A DNA stretch of 64,000 bases from Candidatus Latescibacterota bacterium (GTDB lineage: Bacteria > Latescibacterota > CBDEFO01), in the NCBI GenBank assembly GCA_965237525.1, contig CBDEFO010000008.1:1024001-1088000 (forward strand). Direction: 5' to 3'. The translations under genes were made by a program, and so were the position numbers. Shown here in pieces: positions 20,626 through 30,476 of the stretch. Every line of letters begins with the position of its first letter. Positions within the stretch are counted from its first letter, which is position 1. The notes beneath the pieces were generated by a model. The model searched no databases. It was given only the letters and a program-made list of their open reading frames with translations, and was not told where the DNA came from.

Positions 20626-20748
20626 GTGGTTCGTTGGCACTTCGCGCTCACTGAAAAAGGGGTGGCAGCAGCACACGCACTCTCCACGCCGCGCCGAAAC
20701 GACCTTGTTTCCCGCTCATTTGTCAGACATCAAACGGAGACACTTAGG

Positions 20749-21636
20749 ATGGAAGACGACAAAATAAGACAGATAGAAGCGAGGATAGAGAAAATCACTG
20801 ATCTTCCGACCCTTCCTGTTGTCGCTATGAAGATCATGGAGCTGTCATCTGATGCCGATTCATCTATAGTCGACATAAGTGAGGTGATATTGGAGGATCC
20901 TTCTATAGCGACGAAGACGCTCAGCATAGTTAACTCCGCTTTTTATTCTATTCAAAGAGAGATAACCTCTCTGACTGACGCCATAGTCATACTCGGTCTT
21001 GGAAGAGTCCGCGAAGTCGTCACAACCGTCTCAGTCTTCAGCGCCTTCCCGGAGGTACCCGGGAAGGATGAATTTGACAGATCCAGGTTCTGGGAACATT
21101 CAATCGGATGTGGTATGGTGGCCAGGATGATAGCCGACCGCCTGGGATATAAGATGGAAGGGCAGGAATACGTTGCAGGACTCTTGCACGATATGGGGAA
21201 GATATTTATGGATCAATACTTTCACGAGGAATTTATAGAAGCGTTCGACAAATCGCTCAAAGATGAAATCCCGATGATCGACGCTGAGGACTCCGTATTC
21301 GGCGTAAACCATACATACATAGGGAGCTGGCTTGGAAGAAAATGGAACCTCCCAAGTCCAATGATAGACGTCATAACCTGCCACCACCATCCTCTTGAAT
21401 CGACGGTAGATCCCATACTCACGTCCATCGTCTATCTTTCAAACATACTGTGCAACTACAAAGGGATAGGCAAACAGACTAATGCCCCCTTGCCTTCACT
21501 TACCGATAGCGGCGGATGGAGGATACTCCAAAGTCAAAATCCGAGACTGGAAAAGATGGACATGGAAAGGTTCTTCGAAGATATCGATGAGGAGATCCCT
21601 AAGATAAGAGAGCTTATAAGGATCTCCGGGGTATGA
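20749..21636 (+). CDS. HDOD domain protein
   Basis: LPTLP, DPSI, VNSAFY, AIVILG, FWEHS, GLLHDMGK, H..IG.WL..KWNLP, HHHP; start set at MEDDK (GGAG upstream). Confidence 0.88.
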   Translation: MEDDKIRQIEARIEKITDLPTLPVVAMKIMELSSDADSSIVDISEVILEDPSIATKTLSIVNSAFYSIQREITSLTDAIVILGLGRVREVVTTVSVFSAFPEVPGKDEFDRSRFWEHSIGCGMVARMIADRLGYKMEGQEYVAGLLHDMGKIFMDQYFHEEFIEAFDKSLKDEIPMIDAEDSVFGVNHTYIGSWLGRKWNLPSPMIDVITCHHHPLESTVDPILTSIVYLSNILCNYKGIGKQTNAPLPSLTDSGGWRILQSQNPRLEKMDMERFFEDIDEEIPKIRELIRISGV

Positions 21637-21904
21637 ACTTTGGATACATACCACCTTTTCCACCAAAGATCTCTAACCGGAACAACTTCACTCCTCTCAT
21701 CTTCATCACATATGACACTTTTGTAGAATAGTTGATAAATACTAAATAGTTGTAAAGTATATATATATGATCAAAAAAGGTTGGCAAAGAGTTAGAATTG
21801 TCGTATATTGGTGGTCAGTAGCTGTTTGAGGTGTTTCCTGATCCGAGTAAAGAGCCTGTTGGTGGTATGGCAACAGGATGAGCCTTCAATAAGGGGGTTG
21901 CTGT

Positions 21905-23251
21905 TTGACCGTATCAAAGAAACAGTTAAAAGCTGATAGGAGGTTGGTCGAGAAGCTATCGCCTGCAGGAGAAGGTAGGATCAACCACCGGAAGGCTATG
22001 CTGGTGGAGGTGGCCCAGCTGATCACCTCCTCACTCGCTTTAGAGGAAGTTCTTCGGCTGACCATAGAGTGGGCAACTCGGGTGATGGACGCGGAGGCTG
22101 GGTCGGTCATCCTTCTGGATAAGATATCTGACGAGTTGGTCATCAAGGTAGCAACAGGGCCGAAGGGGCAAGAGGCACAGGATAAGCGGTTCCGAAAGGG
22201 TGAGGGAATCGCAGGATTGGTTGCCGAGATAGGGGAGCCGAGGATCGTCTCTGACGTCCGGCGGGACAAGCACTTCTTCGACGGGATTGATCAGGTGACG
22301 GGGTTCAAGACCCAGTCGATCCTGGCTGTGCCGCTGCAGGTCAAGGGGAAGATCATCGGCGTCCTGGAGGTACTCAACAAGCGGGGTGGACAGTTCTTCG
22401 ACGATGAGGATTTGAAGGTATTCACAATCTTTGCAGACCTGGCCGCCATCGGTATCGATAACGCCGGACTCTACGAGGAGATTGTAGCGGAAAATCGACG
22501 GCTCCAGATGCGATTACAGTTACAGCATACAATCGGGCAAACCCTTGCAATGCAGGGGGTTGCCCTGCAGATGGAACGCGCTGTCCTGCGAAAAGTAACG
22601 GTTCTGCTGATCGGGGAGACCGGGACAGGGAAGGGGCTGGTCGCCCGGGTGATCCATGATCGGAGCCCCCGGCGGGATAAGCCCTTTTTGACTGCGGATT
22701 GTAGGGCGATGCCGAAGGGGCTCTGGGAGATTGAACTCTTCGGCTACAAGAAGGGTCTCTTTGAAGTGGCGGATGGTGGGACGATATTCTTAGACGAGAT
22801 CGGAAATGCACCGCTGGAACTTCAGACCCGGCTGCTGCATGTGTTGCAGAAGGGGCAGATCCGTCGAGTCGGGGAGACTCAGGTTCGCCGGGTTGACGTG
22901 CGCCTGATCGCTGCAACAACCCGGGATCTCAAACTGGCTGTGAAAGAAGGGACGTTCAGAGAGGATCTCTTCTTATGCCTTAACGTCGTTCCTATCGTTC
23001 TGCCGCCGATACGCGAGCATATTGAGGACCTTCCCTTTTTCCTTGTCGATTACTTTATTGAGAAATACAATCAGGAGTTAGGTGGAAGGGTTAAGGGGGT
23101 ATCTTCAGAGGTGATGCAGGCATTTTTGTCCTACTCCTGGCCGGGGAACATCCGGGAGTTGGAGAACGTAATCAAGCAGGGCATTGTGATGGGTAAGGAG
23201 GGAAGTATTCGCCTGGAGGATCTTCCACCTGAGATAACGTGTGTAAAATAA
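21905..23251 (+). CDS. GAF + AAA+ sigma-54 interaction-domain protein lacking the GAFTGA loop and C-terminal HTH
   Basis: GAF domain, GETGTGK, FLDEIG, FREDL, WPGNIRELEN; ELFGYKKG runs straight into LFEVADGGT. Confidence 0.85.
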   Translation: MTVSKKQLKADRRLVEKLSPAGEGRINHRKAMLVEVAQLITSSLALEEVLRLTIEWATRVMDAEAGSVILLDKISDELVIKVATGPKGQEAQDKRFRKGEGIAGLVAEIGEPRIVSDVRRDKHFFDGIDQVTGFKTQSILAVPLQVKGKIIGVLEVLNKRGGQFFDDEDLKVFTIFADLAAIGIDNAGLYEEIVAENRRLQMRLQLQHTIGQTLAMQGVALQMERAVLRKVTVLLIGETGTGKGLVARVIHDRSPRRDKPFLTADCRAMPKGLWEIELFGYKKGLFEVADGGTIFLDEIGNAPLELQTRLLHVLQKGQIRRVGETQVRRVDVRLIAATTRDLKLAVKEGTFREDLFLCLNVVPIVLPPIREHIEDLPFFLVDYFIEKYNQELGGRVKGVSSEVMQAFLSYSWPGNIRELENVIKQGIVMGKEGSIRLEDLPPEITCVK

Positions 23252-23483
23252 ACTAAGTAGCTTGACAAAACTTGCCGGAAATATTAAGTCAGTACAGGTG
23301 AGATTGCTTCGCTATCCCCGGTAGATTCAATCGGGGATAGCAATGATGGTCGTAAGGACCCGCAATGATATTACTTGGCTTTTGCCTATTGTCATCGCGA
23401 GGGGCACTCGCCCCGATCCCATCAGGAGATGCGAGAAGCGGAACCAATCTCAAGGTAAGGGAGGCAGTACCCTGTCTACTTGT

Positions 23484-25946
23484 TTACTCTACCTCTTTTT
23501 CGAATATCTGGATCTTGAATGCGGCCTTAAGGACATCATCTATATTTTCGGCAAGTATGAACGTCATCTTGCCTTTGATATTCTGGGGGACATCCTCCAG
23601 GTCTTTTTCGTTCTTCTTGGGGAGTACGACGGTCGTTATGCCCGCCCTTTGAGCCGCAAGCACCTTCTCCTTGACTCCCCCTATCGGTAGGACCTTTCCC
23701 CTCAGGGTGATCTCTCCGGTCATGGCCACGTTCCATCTTACAGGTTGACCCCTCATAAGGGAAACTAAAGCCGTCACTATGGTAACTCCCGCAGAGGGTC
23801 CATCTTTGGGGATAGCTCCTGCTGGCACGTGGATGTGAATATCGTTCTTTTCGAAGAAATCCTCGTTTATGCCCAGACCCACCGCTTTCGATCTGACGTA
23901 GCTTAAAGCCGCCTCGGCCGATTCCTTCATTACGTCTCCGAGTTGGCCTGTGAGGGTCAAGACCTTGTTCCCCTTCATCTTCGTAGCCTCAACAAACAGA
24001 ATATCCCCTCCTGACTCAGTCCATGCCAATCCGGTGGCGACTCCAGGGTCACTGACCCTTTCGGCTACATCCGAAAAGAATCTGACAGGACCCAGGTATT
24101 TGTGGAGGTCGTTCTTTCCCACCTTAAATGGGCCCTTTTCTCCCTCGGCTTTCCTTTTTGCAATTTTTCTGTATATAGCCCCGATCTCCCTTTCGATGTT
24201 CCTCAATCCAGCCTCGCGCGTGTAGTTCCCTATCATCGTTAAGATAGCCTGCTTGCTCAGCTTGAGATCCTCCTCGTTAATGCCGTGTTCGTTCAATTGC
24301 CGCGGTATCAGGTGATGCAGCGTTATACGGACCTTTTCCTGTGCTGTATATCCGTGCAGCTCTATAACTTCCATTCTGTCTTTCAATGCCGGAGGAATCG
24401 GCGCAAGGAGGTTGGCAGTGGTTATGAACATAACCTTGGAAAGGTCGAAGGGAACGTCCAGGTAGTGGTCGGAGAACGAAAAGTTCTGCTCAGGGTCCAA
24501 AACCTCTAAGAGCGCCGCCGAGGGGTCACCTCTGAAATCTGCACCCATTTTGTCTATTTCGTCTAACATGAAGATCGGATTATTGGATTCGGCCTTCCTT
24601 ATGCTCTGTATGATCCTTCCGGGCAGGGACCCTATATAGGTTCTCCTGTGACCTCTGATCTCCGCCTCGTCCCTTACGCCCCCCAACGAGATCCTGATGA
24701 ACTTTCTCCCTAACGCTCTGGCTATGGACCTTCCCAAGGAAGTTTTGCCTACGCCCGGAGGTCCGACAAAGCAGAGGATGGGACCCTTGGTATCTGGCTT
24801 GAGCTTTCGAACGGACAGATATTCTAATATCCGCTCCTTTACCTTCTCAAGGCCGTAGTGATCCTCATCCAGCACGCGCTTGACACCCTTAATGTCCAGA
24901 TTATCCTCTGTAGAAACTGACCAGGGCAGGGAGATCAGCCAGTCCAGATACGTCCTTGCCACAGTGTACTCCGCAGCAGCGGGAGCCATCTTTGTTAGTC
25001 TGTTCAGCTCCCTGTCGGCTTCCTTCTTGGCCTCCTCAGACATCCCCGCGGCCTCTATCTTCTGCCTCAACTCCTCTATCTCCATCTCCTGCTCGTTCCC
25101 CTGGCCCAATTCCTTTTGTATAGCCTTGAGCTGCTCCCTTAGATAGTGCTCCCTTTGTAGCTTGCCCATCTCAGCCTGCACATGACTTTGGATCTCAGAT
25201 GCGGCTTCCAGTGTCTCCAGCTGCCTGCTTACCAGGATCGTGAGCTTGGAGAGACGTTCCTTAACGTTCAACGTCCCTAAAATCTCCTGCTTTTCATTAA
25301 CGTCCATGTTAACCATCCAGAACGCCACAAAGTCGGCCATCTTTGAAGGCTCGTCCTCAAGATTGATCACCGATATTTGGAGTTCGTCCTGAAGGTGCGG
25401 GACGATGGAGACTATCCTTTGGAACTGCAAAGATATATTACGAGCTAATGCTTTAGCTTCTGGAGAATCGTCCGGTATATCGTAGAGTTTCTCTACGGAG
25501 GCTTTCAGATAGGGATCGGTCTGCGTAAACTCCTTAAGTCTTACTTTCCCCTTGCTATTTACAAGGATATGGATGTTATTGTCCGGCATCCTCAGCATCC
25601 GCACGATCTCAGCTATCACACCCACATCGTATAGATCATCGGGCGCGGGCTCCGCTACATCCTGATCCTTCTGTGTTACTATTACAATAGTCCTGTCGTT
25701 GGCTATGACTTCGTTGACCAGTCTAACCGAGCGTTCGCGACCTACTGTAAGAGTTGACATTATTGAGGGATATAGAACCATTCCTCGTACCGGTAGGACG
25801 CCGAACTCCTTCACCGGACCAGAGAGGGGTTCTTTTACGGCTATCCCTGAATCTTGATCTTTTGTTTTGGAGTCATCTATCATCGCAATTTCCCCTTTTG
25901 AAGCATAGATTATGCAGACCCTAACGTCTGCTATATACTCCTTCAC
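23484..25946 (-). CDS. lon: ATP-dependent protease La
   Basis: GPPGVGKTS, RRTYIG, LDEIDK, PKDGPSAG, PIGGVKEK. Confidence 0.97.
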   Translation of the reverse strand: MKEYIADVRVCIIYASKGEIAMIDDSKTKDQDSGIAVKEPLSGPVKEFGVLPVRGMVLYPSIMSTLTVGRERSVRLVNEVIANDRTIVIVTQKDQDVAEPAPDDLYDVGVIAEIVRMLRMPDNNIHILVNSKGKVRLKEFTQTDPYLKASVEKLYDIPDDSPEAKALARNISLQFQRIVSIVPHLQDELQISVINLEDEPSKMADFVAFWMVNMDVNEKQEILGTLNVKERLSKLTILVSRQLETLEAASEIQSHVQAEMGKLQREHYLREQLKAIQKELGQGNEQEMEIEELRQKIEAAGMSEEAKKEADRELNRLTKMAPAAAEYTVARTYLDWLISLPWSVSTEDNLDIKGVKRVLDEDHYGLEKVKERILEYLSVRKLKPDTKGPILCFVGPPGVGKTSLGRSIARALGRKFIRISLGGVRDEAEIRGHRRTYIGSLPGRIIQSIRKAESNNPIFMLDEIDKMGADFRGDPSAALLEVLDPEQNFSFSDHYLDVPFDLSKVMFITTANLLAPIPPALKDRMEVIELHGYTAQEKVRITLHHLIPRQLNEHGINEEDLKLSKQAILTMIGNYTREAGLRNIEREIGAIYRKIAKRKAEGEKGPFKVGKNDLHKYLGPVRFFSDVAERVSDPGVATGLAWTESGGDILFVEATKMKGNKVLTLTGQLGDVMKESAEAALSYVRSKAVGLGINEDFFEKNDIHIHVPAGAIPKDGPSAGVTIVTALVSLMRGQPVRWNVAMTGEITLRGKVLPIGGVKEKVLAAQRAGITTVVLPKKNEKDLEDVPQNIKGKMTFILAENIDDVLKAAFKIQIFEKEVE

Positions 25947-25982
25947 AGACTACACTGATATATCTCCACAAGCTTATTAATA

Positions 25983-25998
25983 AGCAAATTCCGTTCCA
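25983..25998 (-). promoter_or_regulatory. sigma54 (-24/-12) promoter upstream of lon
   Basis: Minus strand TGGAACGGAATTTGCT = GG-N10-GC. Confidence 0.65.
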
Positions 25999-26162
25999 AA
26001 GGAACTGGAAATGTTATCGCTTGTTCGATAACTTATGTATATCCTAATGTATTACCCAAAAGTAATATAAGGGAAAAAGAGATCACAGAGACCTCGATAC
26101 TACTGCCATTATTACATATTTGATGTTGCAATGACAGTTATGTCTGCCAAAACAGCATAGAT

Positions 26163-26250
26163 GGTTAACAGGCCTGTTAACCGTTCACTACCTGTTAAAT
26201 CCTCCAAAGCCAGCGTTCATCCTGTTAAATCCTCCAAAGCCAGCGTTCAT
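26163..26250. repeat. perfect 20-bp palindrome followed by exact 30-bp tandem repeat
   Basis: GGTTAACAGGCCTGTTAACC (26163-26182); cctgttaaatcctccaaagccagcgttcat x2 (26191-26250). Confidence 0.9.
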
Positions 26251-26298
26251 AAATGGGGAGATTATGCTTGACTTTAAAGCTGTGGATCGGTAAGTTAT

Positions 26299-27630
26299 GT
26301 GCGAGGATTTGCTATGGTGTCTTATGATTGTATAGATATTCGATCCCTTACCATCCCCCGGATCAAGGCAATACTTTCAGAATGGAATGAGATAAAACCT
26401 CAAGTTATGAAAGACTTAGAGAGGGATCCAAGGGCGGGGGTGCGAAGACTTGGTCTATCCTTTCGGAAAAGGATAGAGCGTCAGACGGCAGAGAGGGAGC
26501 GGCTGAAGAATATGCGGCGTCTGGAGCAAAGGCTCTGGGACAGGGGAGTGGAATTGATAGCGGGAGTGGATGAAGCGGGAAGGGGACCCCTTGCCGGACC
26601 AGTAGTAGCGGCGGCCGTGATCCTTCCCGAGGACACGATCATCGCAGAATTGGACGACTCCAAGAAGCTTACGCCCCCGAAAAGAGATGAGCTATTTGAT
26701 ACTATCAAAGAAGTTGCGCTCTATACAGGCGTGGGCTCGGTAGATAACGAGGAGATAGATAGCACTTCGATACTGCAGGCGGCTTTAAAGGCCATGAGAA
26801 TCGCTGTAATGAATCTGGGAGTCAAACCAGATCATATCCTTGTAGATGGGAATATACATCCAAAGACGGGATTTCCCGAAACGCCCGTCGTAGAAGGCGA
26901 CGCCCTGTCGATGTCCATAGCGGCCGCCTCCGTTATAGCCAAGGTGACGAGGGATCGAGCGATGCTCGAATACGAGGGGAAATTCCCCGAATACGGATTT
27001 GCCCAACACAAGGGCTACGGGACAGCAAGGCACATAGATGCACTCAGGCAATACGGATCCTGCAAGATCCACAGGCGTTCTTTTCAAGTAGTAAGGGATT
27101 TGGAAAATCCCGAATGCAGGGACTTTGTGATTTTCAAAGAGAAGATTAAGAGGGCAAGGAGCGTTTCGGAGCTTGAAGACATAGGAACGTCTATAGGGAA
27201 GGTAAAGAGGAAGCTTACAAAAGATCAGTTATCCGAGTTGAGAGGCGTGTATAGAAAATATCAGGACTTTTTCAAGAAGACAGGAACCCAAGGGGAAATG
27301 ATAGCCGCAGAGTTTCTGGAAAAGGAGGGGTACAGCATAGCCCAAAGGAACTATAGATCCGCCGAAGGAGAAATAGATATAATAGCCAAAAAGGGAGATA
27401 TTCTCGCATTTGTGGAGGTGAAAGCCGATAAGACAGGCGCATTCGGTGCTCCGGAGCTGCGCGTTGATAACAGAAAGCAGAGAAGGATAGCCAAGACGGC
27501 AGCGATCTATCTGCAGAACAATAACGTTCCAGATGCGGACTTCAGGTTCGATGTGATAGCTGTAGATCTGAAGGGTAGAAAAGAGAGGATAGAGCACATT
27601 GAAAACGCGTTCTGGGTCGAAGAGGATTGA
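26299..27630 (+). CDS. rnhB: ribonuclease HII fused to YraN (UPF0102) endonuclease-like domain
   Basis: GVDEAGRGPLAGPV, DSKKL, VDGN, SIAAAS..AKVTRD, HKGYGT, HRRSF; then G..GE..A..FL, RNYR...GEIDII, FVEVK, RFDVIAV. Confidence 0.92.
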   Translation: MRGFAMVSYDCIDIRSLTIPRIKAILSEWNEIKPQVMKDLERDPRAGVRRLGLSFRKRIERQTAERERLKNMRRLEQRLWDRGVELIAGVDEAGRGPLAGPVVAAAVILPEDTIIAELDDSKKLTPPKRDELFDTIKEVALYTGVGSVDNEEIDSTSILQAALKAMRIAVMNLGVKPDHILVDGNIHPKTGFPETPVVEGDALSMSIAAASVIAKVTRDRAMLEYEGKFPEYGFAQHKGYGTARHIDALRQYGSCKIHRRSFQVVRDLENPECRDFVIFKEKIKRARSVSELEDIGTSIGKVKRKLTKDQLSELRGVYRKYQDFFKKTGTQGEMIAAEFLEKEGYSIAQRNYRSAEGEIDIIAKKGDILAFVEVKADKTGAFGAPELRVDNRKQRRIAKTAAIYLQNNNVPDADFRFDVIAVDLKGRKERIEHIENAFWVEED

Positions 27631-27633
27631 GGG

Positions 27634-28932
27634 ATGCAAAAAGGGACAAATAGGCTAAGCATCTTTGCGTGGTGCATGTACGATTTTGCAAATTCCTCGT
27701 TCACGACGGTAGTGGTGACCTTTATCTATTCCGTCTATTTCGTCAAGCAAATTGTAGGCAATGAGATCGAGGGGATGGCTTTATGGTCCTGGGGCGTTGC
27801 CATTACAGGAATAACAGTAGCGCTACTTTCTCCCTTTATGGGCGCGTTAGCAGACCGCGGCGGCTATCGCAAACTGTTCCTTTTGGTCACAACTGCCGTT
27901 GCGATAACAGGTTCGGTTATTCTCTACACCGCCCTGCCTGGGCAGATTTCAAAAGCGCTCTTTTGGTTTGTTGTGGCGAATATCGCGTTCGAAATGGGAT
28001 CGGTCTTTTATAATGCTTTTCTGCCTGACATCGCACCGCCGGAGGTGATAGGACGCATCTCAGGCTACGGTCTGTCGTTGGGCTATGCAGGTGGTCTGCT
28101 GGCAATGTTCATGGCCCTGGTTGGATTTGTGAAGATAGATGTACCGTGGTTCGGTTTCTCCACGGAAGCCGGCCAGAACATAAGGGCGGCCAATCTTCTC
28201 GTGGCGGCCTGGTTTGGGGTCTTCAGCCTTCCGATTTTCCTGTGGGTCAAAGAGGATAAATCCCGGATCGTCAAAAAAGTGGTGCGACCACTGCGAGGGG
28301 AAAAGATTTTCTCCTCCAGCATAAAACAATTAGTGGATACTTTTCATGAAATTAAACGGTATCGGCAGATTGTCAAATTTCTTGCCGCCCGCCTGATGTA
28401 CAACGACGGGTTGATCACGATTTTCGTCTTTGGCAGTATCTATGCGTCAGGGACTTTCAATTTCACTGTTGAAGAGGTCCTGGTCTTCGGTATCGTTTTG
28501 AATATCGCTGCCGGAATCGGCACTTTGGCAATGGGATTTCTGGATGATATTCTCGGAGGGAAGAGGACCGTTCAGATCAGTCTTTTTTTTCTCATTTTAT
28601 CTTCCGCTATGGCGGTATTGGCCCCTAACAAAATTGTATTCTGGACGGCTGGGATAATCGTGGCCATCTTCGTAGGTCCCAACCAGGCGGCCAGCCGTTC
28701 CCTTATGGTACGCTTTGTCCCGCTCGATAAGGAGACTGAGTTTTTCGGTTTCTTCTCCTTTTCGGGAAAGGCCACGGCGTTTTTGGGACCGTTTCTTTTG
28801 GGCCTCCTCCTGGAAATATTCGGTTCCCAGAGGGCAGGTATGTCTGTCGTTGTCCTCTTTTTTATAGCGGGGAGTCTGATATTAGCGTCTGTCGACGAAG
28901 AAGAGGGCATACGAGTTTCCGGGCGCACATAA
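27634..28932 (+). CDS. MFS transporter (UMF1/Atg22-like)
   Basis: WCMYDFANS, GALADR, FYNAFLP, YNDG, ASRS, EFFGF; ~12 TM segments. Confidence 0.88.
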   Translation: MQKGTNRLSIFAWCMYDFANSSFTTVVVTFIYSVYFVKQIVGNEIEGMALWSWGVAITGITVALLSPFMGALADRGGYRKLFLLVTTAVAITGSVILYTALPGQISKALFWFVVANIAFEMGSVFYNAFLPDIAPPEVIGRISGYGLSLGYAGGLLAMFMALVGFVKIDVPWFGFSTEAGQNIRAANLLVAAWFGVFSLPIFLWVKEDKSRIVKKVVRPLRGEKIFSSSIKQLVDTFHEIKRYRQIVKFLAARLMYNDGLITIFVFGSIYASGTFNFTVEEVLVFGIVLNIAAGIGTLAMGFLDDILGGKRTVQISLFFLILSSAMAVLAPNKIVFWTAGIIVAIFVGPNQAASRSLMVRFVPLDKETEFFGFFSFSGKATAFLGPFLLGLLLEIFGSQRAGMSVVVLFFIAGSLILASVDEEEGIRVSGRT

Positions 28933-28936
28933 AAAA

Positions 28937-29800
28937 ATGAACAGATATACCAGGACATTATCAATTGCAGTGCTTTTAGGGCTATGTTTTATCTTTTGTG
29001 GGACAGCTTACGGTTGGGGTTACAACACACACAGGCTTATAAATAGAAAGGCTGCGTTTTCTCTGCCCGATGAGATGTCGGCCTTTAAAAGCTACGCCGA
29101 GTTTTTGGGGGACCACGCTTCGGACTTGGATTTCCTAAAATATATATATACAGGCGACAAGAACCAGCACTACATGAATTTGGATATGCTGGACAAATGG
29201 CCTTTCAAGGATGTTCCCAGAGACGAGGACGAGGCTATAAAGAGGTTCGGAGAGGAAAAGTTGAACAAGGCGGGACTCCTGCCATGGGCTGTGGGAGAGT
29301 ACACAGAGAGGCTCTCAGAGTCAATGAAGCACAGTTGGTGGCTCCATACAGCGTGGCTGGCTTCGGTATTAGGGCACTACATCTGTGATGCCTGCCAGCC
29401 CCTTCATGCCACCGAAAACTACAACGGACAGCTTACGGGAAACGACGGCATCCACAAGAGATTAGAAGTGGAGATGATCGACAGGCATATAGCCGATTTG
29501 GATCTGAGTACTGACGAAGTTGTATTTGTGGATGACCCTGTGGAGTTTGCGTTCCAGATCCTGACCGAATCGTGGAGGGGCGTCGAGCCTGTCCTCAAAG
29601 CGGACGACGGAGCCAAGCAAGTATCGGATAAGTACGATAACGAGTATTACGAAGCGCTGTGGAAACGGACAGGGAAATTGGCCGAAAGCAGGTTGAAGAA
29701 GGCTGTCTGGGCAATCGCGTCTCTGTGGTACACAGCGTGGGTAAAAGCGGGGAGACCCGATATACCGCCTGTTGAAAACTTTACACTGGGGGAGCAATAG
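28937..29800 (+). CDS. secreted zinc-dependent S1/P1 nuclease / phospholipase C family protein
   Basis: Signal peptide then WG...H, HY, GHYICD..QPLH, IH..LE. Confidence 0.8.
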   Translation: MNRYTRTLSIAVLLGLCFIFCGTAYGWGYNTHRLINRKAAFSLPDEMSAFKSYAEFLGDHASDLDFLKYIYTGDKNQHYMNLDMLDKWPFKDVPRDEDEAIKRFGEEKLNKAGLLPWAVGEYTERLSESMKHSWWLHTAWLASVLGHYICDACQPLHATENYNGQLTGNDGIHKRLEVEMIDRHIADLDLSTDEVVFVDDPVEFAFQILTESWRGVEPVLKADDGAKQVSDKYDNEYYEALWKRTGKLAESRLKKAVWAIASLWYTAWVKAGRPDIPPVENFTLGEQ

Positions 29801-30048
29801 GCCTGAACGACCCTTCTATTTCTTTGGGAGTTCCCGACGAACTGGATCATCCGTTAGTGATAGAGCACATCGTAAAGGTCGTGGAAAGCTGTCAAAGGCC
29901 CAACTGATAGAAAAGGGTATGAGATTCATCGCTTATTCTTGCGTTGCAGAACTCCTTATGAATTCTAGCCGCAACGGGCGCCGCGGAGCTCAGAGGGTGC
30001 TAGAACTGAACTGATCTTGTCCCTTCAAAGTTTATCCTAAGAATTTTG

Positions 30049-30078
30049 GGAACCTATTCTTCTCTACAGGCGTCCAAT
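30049..30078 (+). promoter_or_regulatory. ECF sigma-type promoter
   Basis: GGAAC-N17-CGTCCAAT. Confidence 0.55.
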
Positions 30079-30082
30079 AACT

Positions 30083-30147
30083 GTAATCCCTCCCTCGCAC
30101 GGTAGGGTGTCGATGCAGAAGTTAGCGCGATGCCCTATCGTGTTTTT
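30083..30147 (+). ncRNA. candidate ECF-dependent small RNA
   Basis: ECF promoter, C-rich unpaired 5' end (AATCCCTCCCT), 15-bp stem with three G-U pairs (30098-30112/30128-30142), T-tract. Confidence 0.45.
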
Positions 30148-30158
30148 ATTACAAACAA

Positions 30159-30193
30159 GGGAGCTCGTCTTCACAAAGACAGCGAGCTCTTTC
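30159..30193 (-). terminator. hairpin terminator downstream of rpsT
   Basis: GAGCTCG...CGAGCTC stem with inner GTCTT/AAGAC, followed by a T-rich tail on the minus strand. Confidence 0.55.
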
Positions 30194-30218
30194 CTGCCGA
30201 ATTCTCCGGGTTTATTTT

Positions 30219-30476
30219 TCAAGACTCCAGAGCGTTGACCTGTCTGGTCAATCTGGACTTATTTCTGGCAGCAGTATTCCTGTGTATAATTCCCTTCTGA
30301 GCCATCTTGTCTATGATGGGAATCGCAGCGGCGAGAGCCTTCTGGGCGTCCTCTTTGGCATTGGCTGTCCGGACATTCTTAATAGCTGTCCTTAGAGTCG
30401 AGCGCGACGCCCTGTTTTTAGCTCTTGCAGCCCTACTGGTCTTCATCCTTTTGATAGCAGACTTATGTTGCGGCAA
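30219..30476 (-). CDS. rpsT: 30S ribosomal protein S20
   Basis: HKSAIKR...N...S.LRTAIK...IDK...KGIIHRNTAARNKSRL. Confidence 0.97.
   Translation of the reverse strand: MPQHKSAIKRMKTSRAARAKNRASRSTLRTAIKNVRTANAKEDAQKALAAAIPIIDKMAQKGIIHRNTAARNKSRLTRQVNALES

Noticed and set aside
20479..20748. N-terminal extension of the HDOD ORF
   Set aside because: Consists of repeat DNA; a better start with RBS exists at 20749.
29801..30048. Housekeeping RNA (6S, tmRNA, RNase P, SRP)
   Set aside because: No diagnostic termini or conserved motifs seen.
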